This document shows, piece after piece, positions 1 to 12,794 of a stretch of DNA of 64,000 bases. Each line of letters begins with the position of its first letter. Within the stretch, counting starts at the first letter, position 1. The notes beneath the pieces are model-generated. The model made no database searches. It saw only the letters and a list, made by a program, of their open reading frames with translations, and was not told the DNA's origin. The stretch is from Lama glama (taxonomy: Eukaryota). Both the position numbers and the translations under genes were made by a program. The stretch is from positions 31,870,001 to 31,934,000 of the forward strand of contig CM052818.1 of NCBI GenBank assembly GCA_028534125.1, read 5' to 3'.

Positions 1-34
1 GAAATAGAAATAGAAATAAAATAAAAATATATAA

Positions 35-189
35 ATACATACAAGATCTTATGGTAGCTCACAAAGAAATGTGACAATGAATATATATATATATGTTCAT
101 GTGTAATTGAAAAATTGTGCCCTACACTGAAATTTGACACAACATTGTAAAATGATTATAAATCAATAAAAAATGTTAAAAAAATAAAA
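35..189 (+). mobile_element. L1 3' UTR end plus A-rich tail (younger camelid-type subfamily), abutting ORF1 of the next L1
   Basis: 'acaagatcttatggtagctcac...aatttgacacaacattgtaaaatgattataaatcaataaaaaatgttaaaaaaa' matches the reverse complement of the L1 3' end at 38593-38740. Its 5' boundary is uncertain at the window edge. Confidence 0.85.
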
Positions 190-980
190 GATCCTGAGTT
201 CAAAAGGAGGTGATAAAAGCTCTGAAGGAAATAAGAGAGGTTATCAATAGAAATGCAGAATACTGTAAAAAGGAAATAGAAAATATAAAGTGGAGCGGAG
301 CCAATTAAAATCAGAAAATTCTATTGCTGAGATAAAAGCCAAGCTAAAGGCAGTCAATAGCAGACTCAAGAACGAATAAATGATTTAGAATATAGCATAA
401 CGGAAATCACCCAATCACAACAGCAGACAGAAAAGCAAAGGAAAACCAATGAAAACAATATAAGGGACCCATAAGATAATATAAAGCATGGGAATCTATG
501 CTTAATAGGGGTCTCAGAAGAAAGAGAAAAGTGGATCAAAATTATATTTGAAGAAATCATAACCGAAGACTTCCCAAACCTAAAGAGGAAAACTAATATC
601 CAAGTACATGAAGGACAGAGGGTCCCAAACAAGATGAATCCAAACAGACCTACACCAAGACATATTATAATTAAAACGGCCAAAGTTAAAGATAAAGAAA
701 AGATTCTAAAGGCAGCAAGAGAAAAACAAAGAGTTAGTTACAAGGGAACCTCCATAATGCTATCAGCTGGTTTCTCTACAGAAACGTTGCTGGCCAGTAG
801 AGAGTGCTAAGATATACTCAAAGTCCTGAAAGAGAAAAACCTGCAACCTAGAATACTCTACGCAGCAAGACTATCATTTAGAATAGAAGGAAAGATAAAT
901 AATTTATTAGACAAGCAAAACTAAAAGAATACAGCAATACTAAAGCTATCCTAAAATAAATATTGAAATATCTTCTCTAA
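190..980 (+). pseudogene. L1 ORF1p remnant (stops and frameshifts)
   Basis: Translates to NRPTPRHIIIK, KILKAAREKQRVSYKG and LQPRILYAARLSFRIEG, matching ORF1 at 39439-40335. Confidence 0.92.
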
Positions 981-1372
981 ATAGAAAAGAATCAGTAAGC
1001 TATAGAAAAGAGAAAACCACAATTGGAAAAAAGGTGATAACCACAATGAACAGGAAAAGAATAAACATGAAGATGTAAAAGAGGACATCAAAATCAAAAT
1101 GTGGGAGAAGGGAGCAAGAAAATGTAGATTTTTTTTGTTCTTTTTTAGGATTTGTTTGAGCTTATATGCTCACCAGTCTAAAACAGATATAGTAATGGGT
1201 TAGCATACATAAAAAACACGGTAACCACTAAACAAAAACATACAAGAGTCACAGAAAATAAAAATAAGAGAAACCAAGCTAATACAAAAGAAAATTAAAA
1301 TCACAAAAGAAAGAACAAAAAGAAAAAGGAACAAAGAAGAAATACAAAGTCAACTGGAAAACAAAGTTTAAA

Positions 1373-4300
1373 ATGGCAATAAGTACGTATCTATCAATAA
1401 TTACCTTAAATGTCATTGGACTAAGTGTTCCAGTCAAAGGACATAGGGCGGCAAATTGGCTAATAAAACAAGAGCCTACAATATGCTCCCTACAAGCAAC
1501 CCACTTTAGGGTGAAGGACACACACAGATTGAAAGTGAGAGGATGGAAAAAGATATTTCATGCAAACGGAAATGACAAGAAAGCAGTAGCAATACTCATA
1601 TCAGACAGAATAGACTTTAAAACAAATTGCCATAAATAAAGATAAAGAAGCACACTATATAATGATCAAAGGAGCACTACAAGAGGAGAATATTACACTC
1701 GTTAACATATATGCACCCAATATAGGACTACTTAAATATATAAAACAAATACCAACAGACACAAAGGAAGAAATTGATAGGAACACAGTAAGAGTAGGAG
1801 ACTTTAATACTCCACTGACATCATTGGACAGATCTTCCAGAAAGAAAATCAATAAAGCAATGGAGATACTAAATGATAAAACAGCTTGGCTTAATTGATA
1901 TTTTCAGGACATTACATCCTCGAAAAACAGAATATACATTCTTTTCAAGTGTGCATGGAACATTCTCTAGGATACACTGCATACTTGGACACAAAATAAG
2001 CCTCAACAAATTTAAGAGGATAGAAATTATTTCAAGCATCTTTTCTGACCACAATGCCATGAAATTAGAAATCAACCACACAAAAACAAAAGAGAAAAAA
2101 CAACTGCATTTAGACTAAACAACATGTAGTAACTAAAAAACCAATGTGTCAATGATGAAATCAATGGAGAAATTAAAAAAATACCTTAAGACAAATAACA
2201 GTGAAAACACAACCATACAAAATCTGTGGGATGCATCAAAAACAGCCCTAGAAGGGAAGTTCTTAGTGATACAGGGCTTCCTCAAAAAACAAAAACAATC
2301 TCAAATAATCTAACCTACCATCTAAAAGAATTAGAAAAAAACAACAAAACAAAACAAAAAGAACAAAGCCTGAAGTCAGCAGAAGGAAAGAATTAATAAA
2401 GATCAGGGAGGAAATAAATAAAATAGAGATTTAAAGAAGATAGAAAAAAGTCAATTGGTAAACCAAGAGCTGGTTTTTTGAAAGAGTAACAAAATCAACA
2501 AATATCTGGTCAGGCTCACCAAGAAGAGAGAGAGGACACAAATAAACAAAATAAGAAATGAAAATGGAGAAATTACCCCAAACAGCACAGAAATATTAAA
2601 AACTATAAGAGATTATTATGAACAACTATATGGCAACAAATTGTACAACCTAGAAGAAATGGACAAGTTTCTAGAAGCATACAGTGCACCAAAATTGAAT
2701 CAAGAAGAAATAGATAATTTGAACAGACCTATCACTAGAAGTGAAATAGAATCAGCAATTAAGAAAAACCTCACTGCAAACAAAAGTCCAGGAGTGAATG
2801 ACTTCACTAGGGAATTCTACAAAACATACAAAGAAGAACTTACACTGATTCTTCTCAAACTCTTCCAAAAGATTGAAGAGGAGTTAACACTCTGTAACTC
2901 ATTCTGTGAAGCTACCATCATCCTGATACCAAAACTAGACAAAGGCAGTACCAAAAAAGAAATTAAAGGCCAGTATACTTGATGAATATAGGTGCAAAAA
3001 TTCTCAACAAAGTATTAGCAAACAGAATCCAACAACACATGAAAAAGATCATACACCATGATCAAGGTGGATTCATCCCAGGAATACAAGAATGGTTCCA
3101 CATACACGAATCAGTCAATGTGACACACCACATCAACAGAAGAAAAGCCCCAAATCACATAATCATCTCAATAGATGCATAAGAAGTATTTGGTAAAATT
3201 CAACATGCATTTATTATAAAAACTCCTAGGAAATTACGTATATAGAGAACATATCTCAACATAATAAAAACTGTTTATGACAAACTCATACCTAAAACAA
3301 TGCTCAGCGGTGGAACAAGACAAGGATTCCCACTCTCATCAGTTCTATTCAACATAGTTTTGGAAGTCCTAGACACAGCAGTCACACAAGAAACAGAAAT
3401 AAAAGGAATCTTTTAAAATCACATCAAAAAAATAAATAAAACACTCAGGAATAAACCTGACCAAGGAGGTGAAAGACTTATATATGGAGAACTACAAAAC
3501 ATTGATTAAAGAAATTAAAGATGACCTAAAGAAATGGGAAGATAACCCATGCTCTTGGATTGGAAGAATATCATTAAAATGGCCATACTGCCCAAGGCAA
3601 TGTACAGATTTAATGCAATCACTATCAAATTACCCATGACATTTTTCACAGAACTAGAACAAATAATCCTAAAATTTATGTGAAATCACAAAAGACCCAG
3701 AATTGTCAAGGCAATACTGAAATAAAAGAACAAAGCTGGAGGAATAACCCTCCCAGACTTCAGACAATACTACAGAGCTACAGTAATTAAAACAGCATGG
3801 TATTGGCATAAAAACAGACATATGGCTCAATGAAACAGAATACAGAGCCCAGAAGTAAACCCACACACCTATGGTCAATTAATCTTTGACAAAGGAAGGA
3901 AAAATATACAATGAATTAAAGACAGTTTCTTCAGCAAGTGGTGTTGGGAAAACTGGATAGCAGCATGTAAATCAGTGAGGTTAGAACATCCCCTCACACC
4001 ATACACAAAAATAAACTCAAAATGGCTTAAAAACTCAAACATAAGACACCGTAAACCTCCTAGAAGAGAACATAGGCAACATTTTCTCTGACGTAAATCC
4101 TAGCAATGTTCTCCTAGGGCAGTCTACCCAGACAATAGAAATAAGAGCAAAAATTAACAAATGGGACCTAATTAAACTTAAAAGCTTTTGCACAACAAAG
4201 GAAACCATAAGTGAAACAAGATGACAACCTACAGAATGAGAGAGAATATTTGCAAATGATGTGACTGACAAAGGCTTAATTTCCAGAATATATAAACAGC

Positions 4301-4945
4301 TATACAACCTAACTTCGTAACAAAAAAAAAAAACCCATCCAAAAATGGGCAGAAGACCTAAATAGACACTTCTCCAGTGAAGACATACAAATGGCCAATA
4401 GGCAGATGAAAAAATACTCAGTATCACTAATTATCAGAGAAATGCAAATCAAAACTACAAAGGGGTATCATCTTACATCAGTCAGAATGGCCATCATTCA
4501 AAAGTCCACAAATGCTAAATGCTAAAGAGGGTGTGGAGAAAAGGGAACCCTCCTACAGTGTTGGTGGGAGTGTAGTTTGATGCAGCCATTATGGAAAACA
4601 ATATGGAGAGTTAAAAAACTAAAAACAGACTTACCATATGATGTAGCAATCCTACTCCTTGGCATATATCCAGAGGAAGCTCTAATTCAAAAAGATACAC
4701 GCACCCCAGTGTTCATAGCAGCATTATTTACAATAACCAGGACATGGAAGCAACCTAAATGTTTATTGACAGATAATTGGATAAAGAAGTTGTGGTATGT
4801 ATATACAATAGAATACCACTCAGCCATAAGAAGGAATAAAATAATGCCATTTGCAGCAACATGGATGGACCTAGAGGTTGTCATACTAAGTGAAGTAAGC
4901 CAGAAAGAGGAAGAAAATTACCATATAATATCACTTAAATGTAGA
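1373..4945 (+). pseudogene. L1 ORF2p remnant (endonuclease/reverse transcriptase), fragmented, with internal deletions
   Basis: MAISTYLSIITLNVIGL, VNIYAPN, GDFNTPL and SDHNAMKLEIN (EN); [15 protein letters not shown] and RQGFPLS (RT); MPFAATWMDLE (C-terminus). Many stops and frameshifts. Confidence 0.95.
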
Positions 4946-6394
4946 ATCTTAAAAAAAAAAAAACACATGAACTTATCTGCAAAACAGAAACGGACTCACA
5001 GACATAGAAAACAAAGTTATGGTTACCAGTGGGGAAAGAGGGTGCGATGGGATAAATTGGGAGTTCTTGATTTGCAGATACTAACTACTATATATATAAA
5101 ATAAACAACAAATTTCTGCTGTACAGTACAGAGAACTATGTTCAATATCTTGTCATAACCTATAATGAAAATGAATATGAAAATGAATATATTTATGTAC
5201 ATGTATGACTGAAACATTCTTCTGTACACCAGAAATTAACACAACATTGTAAACTGACTATACTTCAATAATAATAATAATAAAGAATGGAAAGATGTAT
5301 GCATCTTTCTGGCACCAAACACAATGCCTGGGAAATGGGAAATGCGTAGAAGGCCAGGGTAGGCTACAGACCATAACCTATAGCCAATCCCCTTTTTTTC
5401 ACTCCAGCCGTTGGCAATTCTGGAAAGCCACTGGCTCAGTCCTGTCATCTTCCTTTCAGATGCCCAGCAGCCATAAAGAAAGTCCTAGGAGAGCCAATAG
5501 CCTGGCTGATAAACCAGTAGTTAACCAGATTGAGGCTCACAATGAACTGTGAAATTGAGATGGTGAGGGACCTCCTGAATCAGGCCTCTTGAATTACTAT
5601 TAAAATCTAAATATTATCTAGAAGGAGTAAAATAGGAAACTATGGCCAATCATGCATGCTCATTTACAAAGACTATAAATTATTTTCCGTATTATTTAAC
5701 CAGTCACCCAATAGTTTTCCAAAGAAATGGTACAGGAGCTGGACCACAATATAGCTAGGCTGACAGTCACAGTGCAGGGATTCTTGGAGATACAGCTTCC
5801 TGCTTCCATTCTCAGTTTTTTGTCTCTCTGCCAAGACTTTCAGTCATATAACTTTCAACTCACAGCCCATTCTCTTTTAGAGCAAGCTTTGTCTTTTAAC
5901 CCTCATTCACTTTGAGTGTCTTTCAAAATGTAAAAAAGAGTTCATAATGGAATCCTGATTCACTCCAATGTGCTCTGTCTCCCCAGATTGTCACTCATTC
6001 ACAGTGCAAAATGGCAAGGTGGAGGCTGTCCCAAATAATAACTTTCAGGGCTAATTAAGGTTTTAAATCATTCTAGAGAATTAGGATCAACCAGTGGCCA
6101 CTTGTGTGTGCCACTGTAACTTGCCAACCCCAAATCCCACCTTATCTCCAGGCATAAAAGCCACATTAAGTTTTAAGACCTGATTCAAAAACACATTATG
6201 GATAATGATAACCCTTGATATTAAGTCTTCAGAAAAGAGTCTGGGCATATAAAGAATATACTGCATTAAAAAAGTGCTTAGGAATAAGAATGATAGAAGA
6301 AAATATTCTGGCTAGAAGTCATGCTACTTGGGCTGTTGTTGCTCTCCCACTAATTAATTAGATGATCTTAGATAAGTTATGAAGAGTTTAGGAG

Positions 6395-6600
6395 CTAACA
6401 CTTAATTGGTTATTTTTTGTTGTGTTGTGTTTTGTTTTGTTTTGAATTGGATTTTGCCTTCATTTCTCATATAATCCTTCTAAGCAGTCCTGTGAGGAAA
6501 GTGTGGATGCTTTTTCCATTTCACAGAGACTTAGAGAGACTAAGTCATTTGCCCAAGTAGTAGGGCTGGGTTCTTGCTCAGAGCTCACAGACTTTCAGCA
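6395..6600 (-). mobile_element. MIR SINE
   Basis: 'ccatttcacagagacttagagagactaagtcatttgcccaag' is a reverse MIR core. Confidence 0.6.
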
Positions 6601-6889
6601 CCTGCCGTCAGCCATCATGCTGTGCTGCTGTATGGAGTCCAACAACACCATCCACAACAGCAGCCAATACTCACTGAGTGCCTGCAGTGAGCCAGGCACA
6701 GGGAAGGGGATGCAGATGGTTGTGGCCCCTGTTCTCAGAGCTTTCAGACCAGGACAACTAAGTTCTTTCTGAGTTTCTTGATCTTCTACTGTAAGAAAAG
6801 AGTTCAGGTCCTTGATATCACTTTCATCCTGAAAGCTTATAAGCATTTAAACTATTTGTAATGACTTCTAGTCTTCCATTTCTTTATTA

Positions 6890-7100
6890 ATATTATTAGT
6901 CACATACTTTTGTTGGATGGCTCTCATGTACCAGGCACTCCACTAAGGGTTTTTATAGGACTATTGAATTTAGTCTTCATACCAGTCCAGGGAGAGACTG
7001 CAGATGAAGAAATGGAGGCTCAGAGAAGTTACTAACTAGGTCAAGGTCATTTTGTTTATAAGTGGCAGAGCTGAATTTGAACCCAGGTCTGTCAACTCCA
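6890..7100 (-). mobile_element. MIR SINE
   Basis: 'cagatgaagaaatggaggctcagagaag...ggcagagctgaatttgaacccaggtctg'. Confidence 0.8.
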
Positions 7101-8194
7101 TAATCCCCCCATGTAAGCAACTTTTTGAGTTAGTGCTCTTGAAATCTGATAAGCTCCTTTCACTTAAATGAGCTAATTCCTATTATTATAGATACTATGC
7201 AAACAGAATTCTAGGTAACTGAGCAACCTGGAAGCCTGGCAGAAGCCTGCTTATCATAGGCAGCAACGTACGCCAGAGAATTCAAACCTGGACAGCCTCA
7301 AACCTGGTGTTTGGTTTGTTTGAAGCTGAGAATGAATCCAGGAACCTTCACAGGAGTGAGAGTTAACATTTCACCACAGTGATTCGAACTTGGAAAGTTG
7401 TTAGTTGTGAAAACAAAAATAGCAAAGGATATACATCTCTTTATCATTTCCCCGGCCTTTCTGCATCCATTATCTTACTTGATAAGAGGGAAAGAATAAT
7501 GGAATGAGTTAGAAGCCTACAAATATATAAAGTGATATTGAGTCTGTGAAAGAGAAACTCAGAGCAAAGAGAAAAAGAAGCAGGGTCACTTGTTAGAAGT
7601 AGGGAGGTCTTTAAATACCTGATCAGGATGGTTGGCTGAGCAGTAGGTAAATGTAAAAAGACCGTGAAGCTGATAATAAATGGAACAATCTTTTTCTGAA
7701 TGGAAAGTAGCTGAAATTCCAGAGCCAGGGAAGGGGAGTGGTGGAAATACTCAGAAATTATGGCCTGAGAAGAATCCCTAAGGCTGTTAGACAGCACGGG
7801 GATGAGAATGGCCCATCAGGAGTGGCTAGAATAGATAGGGCTGTAAATCAAGGGGAGAAGTGTTATTGCCATTGCAAGACACCATTGTGCCTTTAGTGGG
7901 AAATGGGCTGGAAGACTTTATAAAAGCTGGGTCTACCTGGCTTTGGGAATGATGGAATTGACTGTGCCAACCTTGGGCAGACTCAAAATTCAACTTGCTT
8001 TTAAAAATGGGCCTGAGGGATTGCTTAGATTATTCTGAAGATCCACAAGTCATTTTTTTCCCTCTCCCAAAAGCCTATTTAAAATTAAAAAGATTATATT
8101 CTGTTGGGAAATAGCATGTATATGGGAGTAGGGGAGAAGTTCTGGGTGTCTGGGCTTCTGTGTGTTCCAGTTCCATCAGTGCTCAAAGAAGCAG

Positions 8195-8420
8195 TCTGGA
8201 GTGGTGGTGGTGAGAACCTGGGCTCTGGCCGGGATGGTCTTAGTTTCAAGTCTCAGACAGGCCAATCCCTTCAGCTTTTAGCCCTCAGGTTTTCTCAGCA
8301 TTAAATTTTTATCTGTAAAATGGGAACAATAATATCTCAATTATAGCTCATTGTGAAGATCCAATGAGCTAAAAATTGTAAAGCACTTGACATAGGATCT
8401 AAGTGCAGAGAATGTGATCA
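8195..8420 (+). mobile_element. MIR SINE
   Basis: 'atctgtaaaatgggaacaataata...gtaaagcacttg' is the MIR core and 3' part. Confidence 0.7.
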
Positions 8421-8504
8421 GAAACAATTATTAGAGAGGAAAATAGGTATATGTCTTCATTCAGGGATCACAACCGACAAATGAAGAGTGTAGAAGAAAT
8501 ATGC

Positions 8505-8900
8505 CTCTGGGTTATGCTGTATAAATAATCTCAAACTCTTGTTGCTTTACAACATTTATGTATTTCTCATTCATGCTGCCTGTTGGTGCCATGGGTGGCT
8601 GCTGTTTGCTCCAGATTGTCACTAGGTTCAGATCTGCTCCATGTATCTTCACATTCTGGGATTCAGGATGAAGGGGTATCTATCTGAGCCTCCATATTCT
8701 CATGGCAGAGGAAACTAGTGCAAGAGAGCTCTGAGAGCCTCTGCTTGGAGCTAGTACCTTGCCACTTCTGTGTATATTCCAGTTGCCAAAGAAAATCCTA
8801 GTCAAAGGCCAACATCAGTGGGGCAGGGAAGTATATCCTCCCATGACTGGGTGGAGAGAGGAGACTGAGTATTTGCAAGACAGTAATGGAGCCCACCTCC
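8505..8900 (-). mobile_element. MaLR solo LTR (MLT1J/I-like)
   Basis: 'ggttatgctgtataaataatctcaaactc...tttctcattcatgc...tcatggcagagg' resembles a reversed MLT1 LTR. Confidence 0.6.
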
Positions 8901-9814
8901 AGGGGTATGCTTGGGACCATGGCTATGTGTACAAAGTCATTTGACTAGATCAGGGGGAGGTTAATTGAACTCAAGAAGCCACTGTTAGGTAAACAGTGAA
9001 CAGGATGTCAGAGAATGGGGCTTCTGTCGAATCTTGCTCTTGGCTCTGGCATTGTATGGAGAGAGGCTGGATGTCAGGAAGGCTCTGCCTGAGTTCTCTC
9101 CACCACTGTTGCCCTGAGGCCTTGATGCATCTTTGGCTCCAGCTGTGACATGGCAATGATTTCCCTGACCAAGTGGTAGTTCGGGTCTGTGTGAGTTGAC
9201 AGTGAGTCAGTGTCTCCCTAAGAAGTTGGATGTAAATGTTAACACTTGTTCCCAGGCAGCATCAGAATTTAGTGGATTCTTATAGTTCTCCCCAGAATCA
9301 TAAAATGTCCTTCTTTATGGGCCTCAGACTTGTCATTTTTAGAAGAGATGTGGTAGAATGATCTCTAAAGCCATTTCCAGTTTCTGTGGTTTATGACCAT
9401 GATGATTTGACAAGTGTTTAGGAGGCATGTATGAAATACTTGATCTGAAACTTCCTAGTATAGATAAGTGTTAATGGCAACATTACGCTCATTAAAGCTT
9501 CATTGCATTACCTACATTACTATAAAAGGGTGATTATGACCCAGCATCCTCTCCGGGTCTCCTGTTACCTTGGGGTGCTTGTTTCTCCTACATCCACCTC
9601 TTTCAAGAAATCTACTGCAAGGCTGCAGGGTGTCACTAAGGTGTGTATGACTCATCATTATTTCCCTTTGTGGAGGAGATGAGTCTTCGCCTTCAAAGGA
9701 ATGACTTTCAAATGCCATGATGTGACAAGTGTGTAGAAGAAGACACTTAGGGCAGGAAGGCCCTTCTTTTTCCTTTTTTCCAATTTGATGAATATTTAAA
9801 GAGCATCAAGCCCC

Positions 9815-9985
9815 ATGCTTTCATTTACCTTGACTCACTTAATCCTTGCAAAACCCCTCTGAAGGAAGTCAAAATCCCCATCTTATAGATGAGAAAACTT
9901 AGTTCCAAAGACATGAACTTACCCACAGTCATACAGCCAGGAATGGCAGCTCTAGGATACAAACTGAGGTCTGTTTCACTGCAGT
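9815..9985 (-). mobile_element. MIR SINE
   Basis: 'ccccatcttatagatgagaaaacttag...gtcatacagccaggaatggcag'. Confidence 0.75.
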
Positions 9986-11089
9986 TTACATTCCCCTTTT
10001 ATTCCACTGTGATTAGCTAAGAGCTGGGGGCCTCTCTCTAAGACTTGAGCCCCACTTCTGGCCTGAGGCAAGGCTCTGACTTGTGGAGTTGAGGCAAGGG
10101 AACATTTAGCTACTAGGAGCCTTTTGTTTTCAAATCTAGTTCACAGTTTATTAATTCAGTGACTTTATATTATGACACAGCCCTGCCCACCTCACAGAGA
10201 TTCTGAGGGAGTCTGAGGAGAGAATAAATAAATATTTTGTAAACTGTTTAATATTATTCAAATATAGGCATTGGCGGTAGTTTTCCTTAGAAGGAAATAG
10301 GAATAAAGCTGACTGCCACTTCCTTTCTTGAAGACAGGTTCTGCCTTTTTTAGGCAGAACCTACCTAAAATATTTGTTTTGATGGTTCCAGAGCAGGAGA
10401 GGAGGAGTATCAAGCCCATAGCTACTTTATAGCAGAGAGAACAAAAGATAGAACTTCAAACTGACTTGTCGAAAATCCAGTGCACAGAAATCAGTATTTC
10501 TATCAAAGGAATTTGGGGTTGCAGACTCAGGCTTATTTGACTTGGAAAATCCCACTTTTTCATACTAAAACACTGCTTACGCTGGGAACTAGCAGAGGAT
10601 ACCAAAGATGACATGGTCCCTTCATTCTAGTGACATACAGCCTGGATGGAGAAGGGAAAAGGCACACTTACACAGAACAGCTAAAGCACACTGCAGAGTA
10701 GCATGGGGTAAGGGGTCTCTCGCCAAAGTGAATGCCTGGTTAAGACAGAGAGCAAAGCTTGCTTCTCCCCTAGTTTAGGTTGACCTGTGCTCCACCTGAA
10801 AATGTAATGGCCTGGAAATACTTGTTTAGGGGACTAAAAAACCTTAGGATGTCTATGTTTTAGGAAACATTTCCCTATGATGTATTTGTAAGGCATCCTG
10901 TTGTCTTGTTTTATCAGCTTATTTTCATGAAAGACTCCAGCAAAAGCTGGCTAGCTGGTTGGTGTTCTTTTCCTTTGACAAGCTGGGTCATAAAGAGATG
11001 AAATGACTGCTTGATCATCCAGGCCTAGGAGTACTTGAGCCCATCTTGATCAGAGGGTCTTTATCTACCTTGCCTGACCATCTATCCAC

Positions 11090-11200
11090 TTTCTTCTTCC
11101 TTTCTTTCCTTCTTTCTCCTTCCTTCCTTCCTTTCATTCATTCATTCATATTCCCTCTCTCTCTTTCTTGATAGATCTTGATCTCCTTCTTTTTTCTCTT
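11090..11200 (+). repeat. Pyrimidine-rich low-complexity tract ((TTCC)n/(TTCA)n)
   Basis: Seen directly. Confidence 0.8.
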
Positions 11201-11206
11201 CCACAG

Positions 11207-11270
11207 AGAAACAGTTGTACAGCTCTGAAACCTTTTGCTCTACTCGAATGTACTCTTAAACGTTAACAAA
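11207..11270 (+). other. Candidate 64 nt spliced exon (non-coding, UTR or stop-containing); host gene unknown
   Basis: Acceptor 'ccttcttttttctcttccacag|' and donor 'AAA|gtaaga'. There are stops in all three frames. Confidence 0.35.
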
Positions 11271-12794
11271 GTAAGAAGAGAGAACTTTTTCGAAGGAGGC
11301 TACCAGATTAGTTTTTTAATTCAAAGTTGCTTTTTGGTTTAAATTAACTTATACTGTGTGGTTTTCAAACTGTCTAGAGATGGAGATGCCCTCTGTTTTG
11401 ATTTCAGCATAGCTACCCACTTTCATTAGTTTTATACATTGACATTCTCTTAGGACTTCACTTGACAAAATGTTCTGTTACAAACAACAAACAGCATGCA
11501 AATTCCTCTTCTATACCAACAGTGAGTTTCACAGGAATCAGTAGGAAATGCTAGGGTAGGGATTTTTAATGGTAATGAAACTGTCTTAGAAACTGATTTG
11601 TAACTGTAACTTGGTATTTTTTCCAAGTGGTTTTCAAATGAAAGTATAAAAGATGCAAAGACTGTGGATATAGTAAGAGGAAGTCCTCTTGGGGAAAGTA
11701 ATTGGAAGTCGTACATGTCTTAAACTTTGACTTCTGTGAAATAAGAGTACTCGTGAGCTACTGTGGCATACTGGAAAGAGACACTTGTGATTCCTTTTGG
11801 GCATGTTACAGCACACTCCACGGCCATTGGTGCCCATGCATCTCTGTTTTCTAAGCTTGGTTCAGTAGCTGGAGCAGCATAGGCCCTGAAAGTTCTACAC
11901 AGGGCAAAACCTGTGCTTATTTTGGTTGAGCAAAGGGCAATGTCTGTTAAAAAAAAAAAAAGTGCTACTGAGGTGGTAATTGTAACAATCAAGAGTTAGT
12001 CTAGAAGTTTCTGTATTGTATCTAGAGGTTTAGATTTCTTCGAATCCTGATTTGAAATGTATCATTCCTTAAATAAGAAAATGTTAGTTAATATAGTTAT
12101 TGATCATTAGCTAATACATAGATTCCTTTTTTATAGAAAAAAAATAATTGATTAAACTGTGTGCTCAATGCCTACAGGCCCAGCCCTCCACACCCAAGAA
12201 CAGCCATGATAATTGGGTCACTGACTTGTATGACCAGAACGCAAGGCATCCATATTTACTGGTCAGCAACTAGCTGAGTCATGGATATAATCTGAGTCTC
12301 CAAGAAGTGATAAACCATCAGTGAGTCTTCTTCTCATAATCACCTTTTTCAATGTATCACTCTCAAATGGATGGTGGAGAAAAAGGTCCCCAGAAGGTTT
12401 TATGATTACCTAACCTGACATCCTCATTTACCAAAGGTTTTCCCTTTAGCTGTTTTAAGTTCCCTGTGAAATCTAAACACAAGGCTGTTTCTTTCTTTTG
12501 AAATAAAGATCTTTGAACATATTAGCCCTTCCAGTAAGCCTGAGAAAAGATTGGCTGGCTGAGTTCTAAATGAAGTGAAGCTATTACGGAATGAGACAAC
12601 AGAAACAGTAACAAACAGGATTTTGGTGCATTGGAAGATGTAACATAATGGGTTGTCGAAACCTTTTCTATTCAAAATATAATCTATGGAGCGACAGTCT
12701 CAGCATCATTTGGGAAATTGTTAAAAATTCAGAATCCCAGGTCTCCCCCTCTACCTTGCTGAACCAGAATCTGCATTTTAATAGGATTCTCAAG

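Larger units (their letters stand above)
190..5285 (+). mobile_element. LINE-1, near full length (partial ORF1, inter-ORF, ORF2, 3' UTR, (AAT)n tail), inactivated
   Basis: Collinear ORF1, EN, RT and C-terminal ORF2 motifs in broken frames. The 3' UTR ends 'aactgactatacttcaata' followed by aataataataataa. Confidence 0.97.

Noticed and set aside
366..683. Hydrophobic, membrane-like ORF (also 4035-4427, 13792-14583, 39854-40234)
   Set aside because: These are antisense frames of A-rich L1 sequence, which give Phe/Leu/Ile/Ser-rich peptides.
4577..5104. 175 aa ORF
   Set aside because: It is the L1 ORF2 C-terminal remnant running into the 3' UTR, not a host gene.
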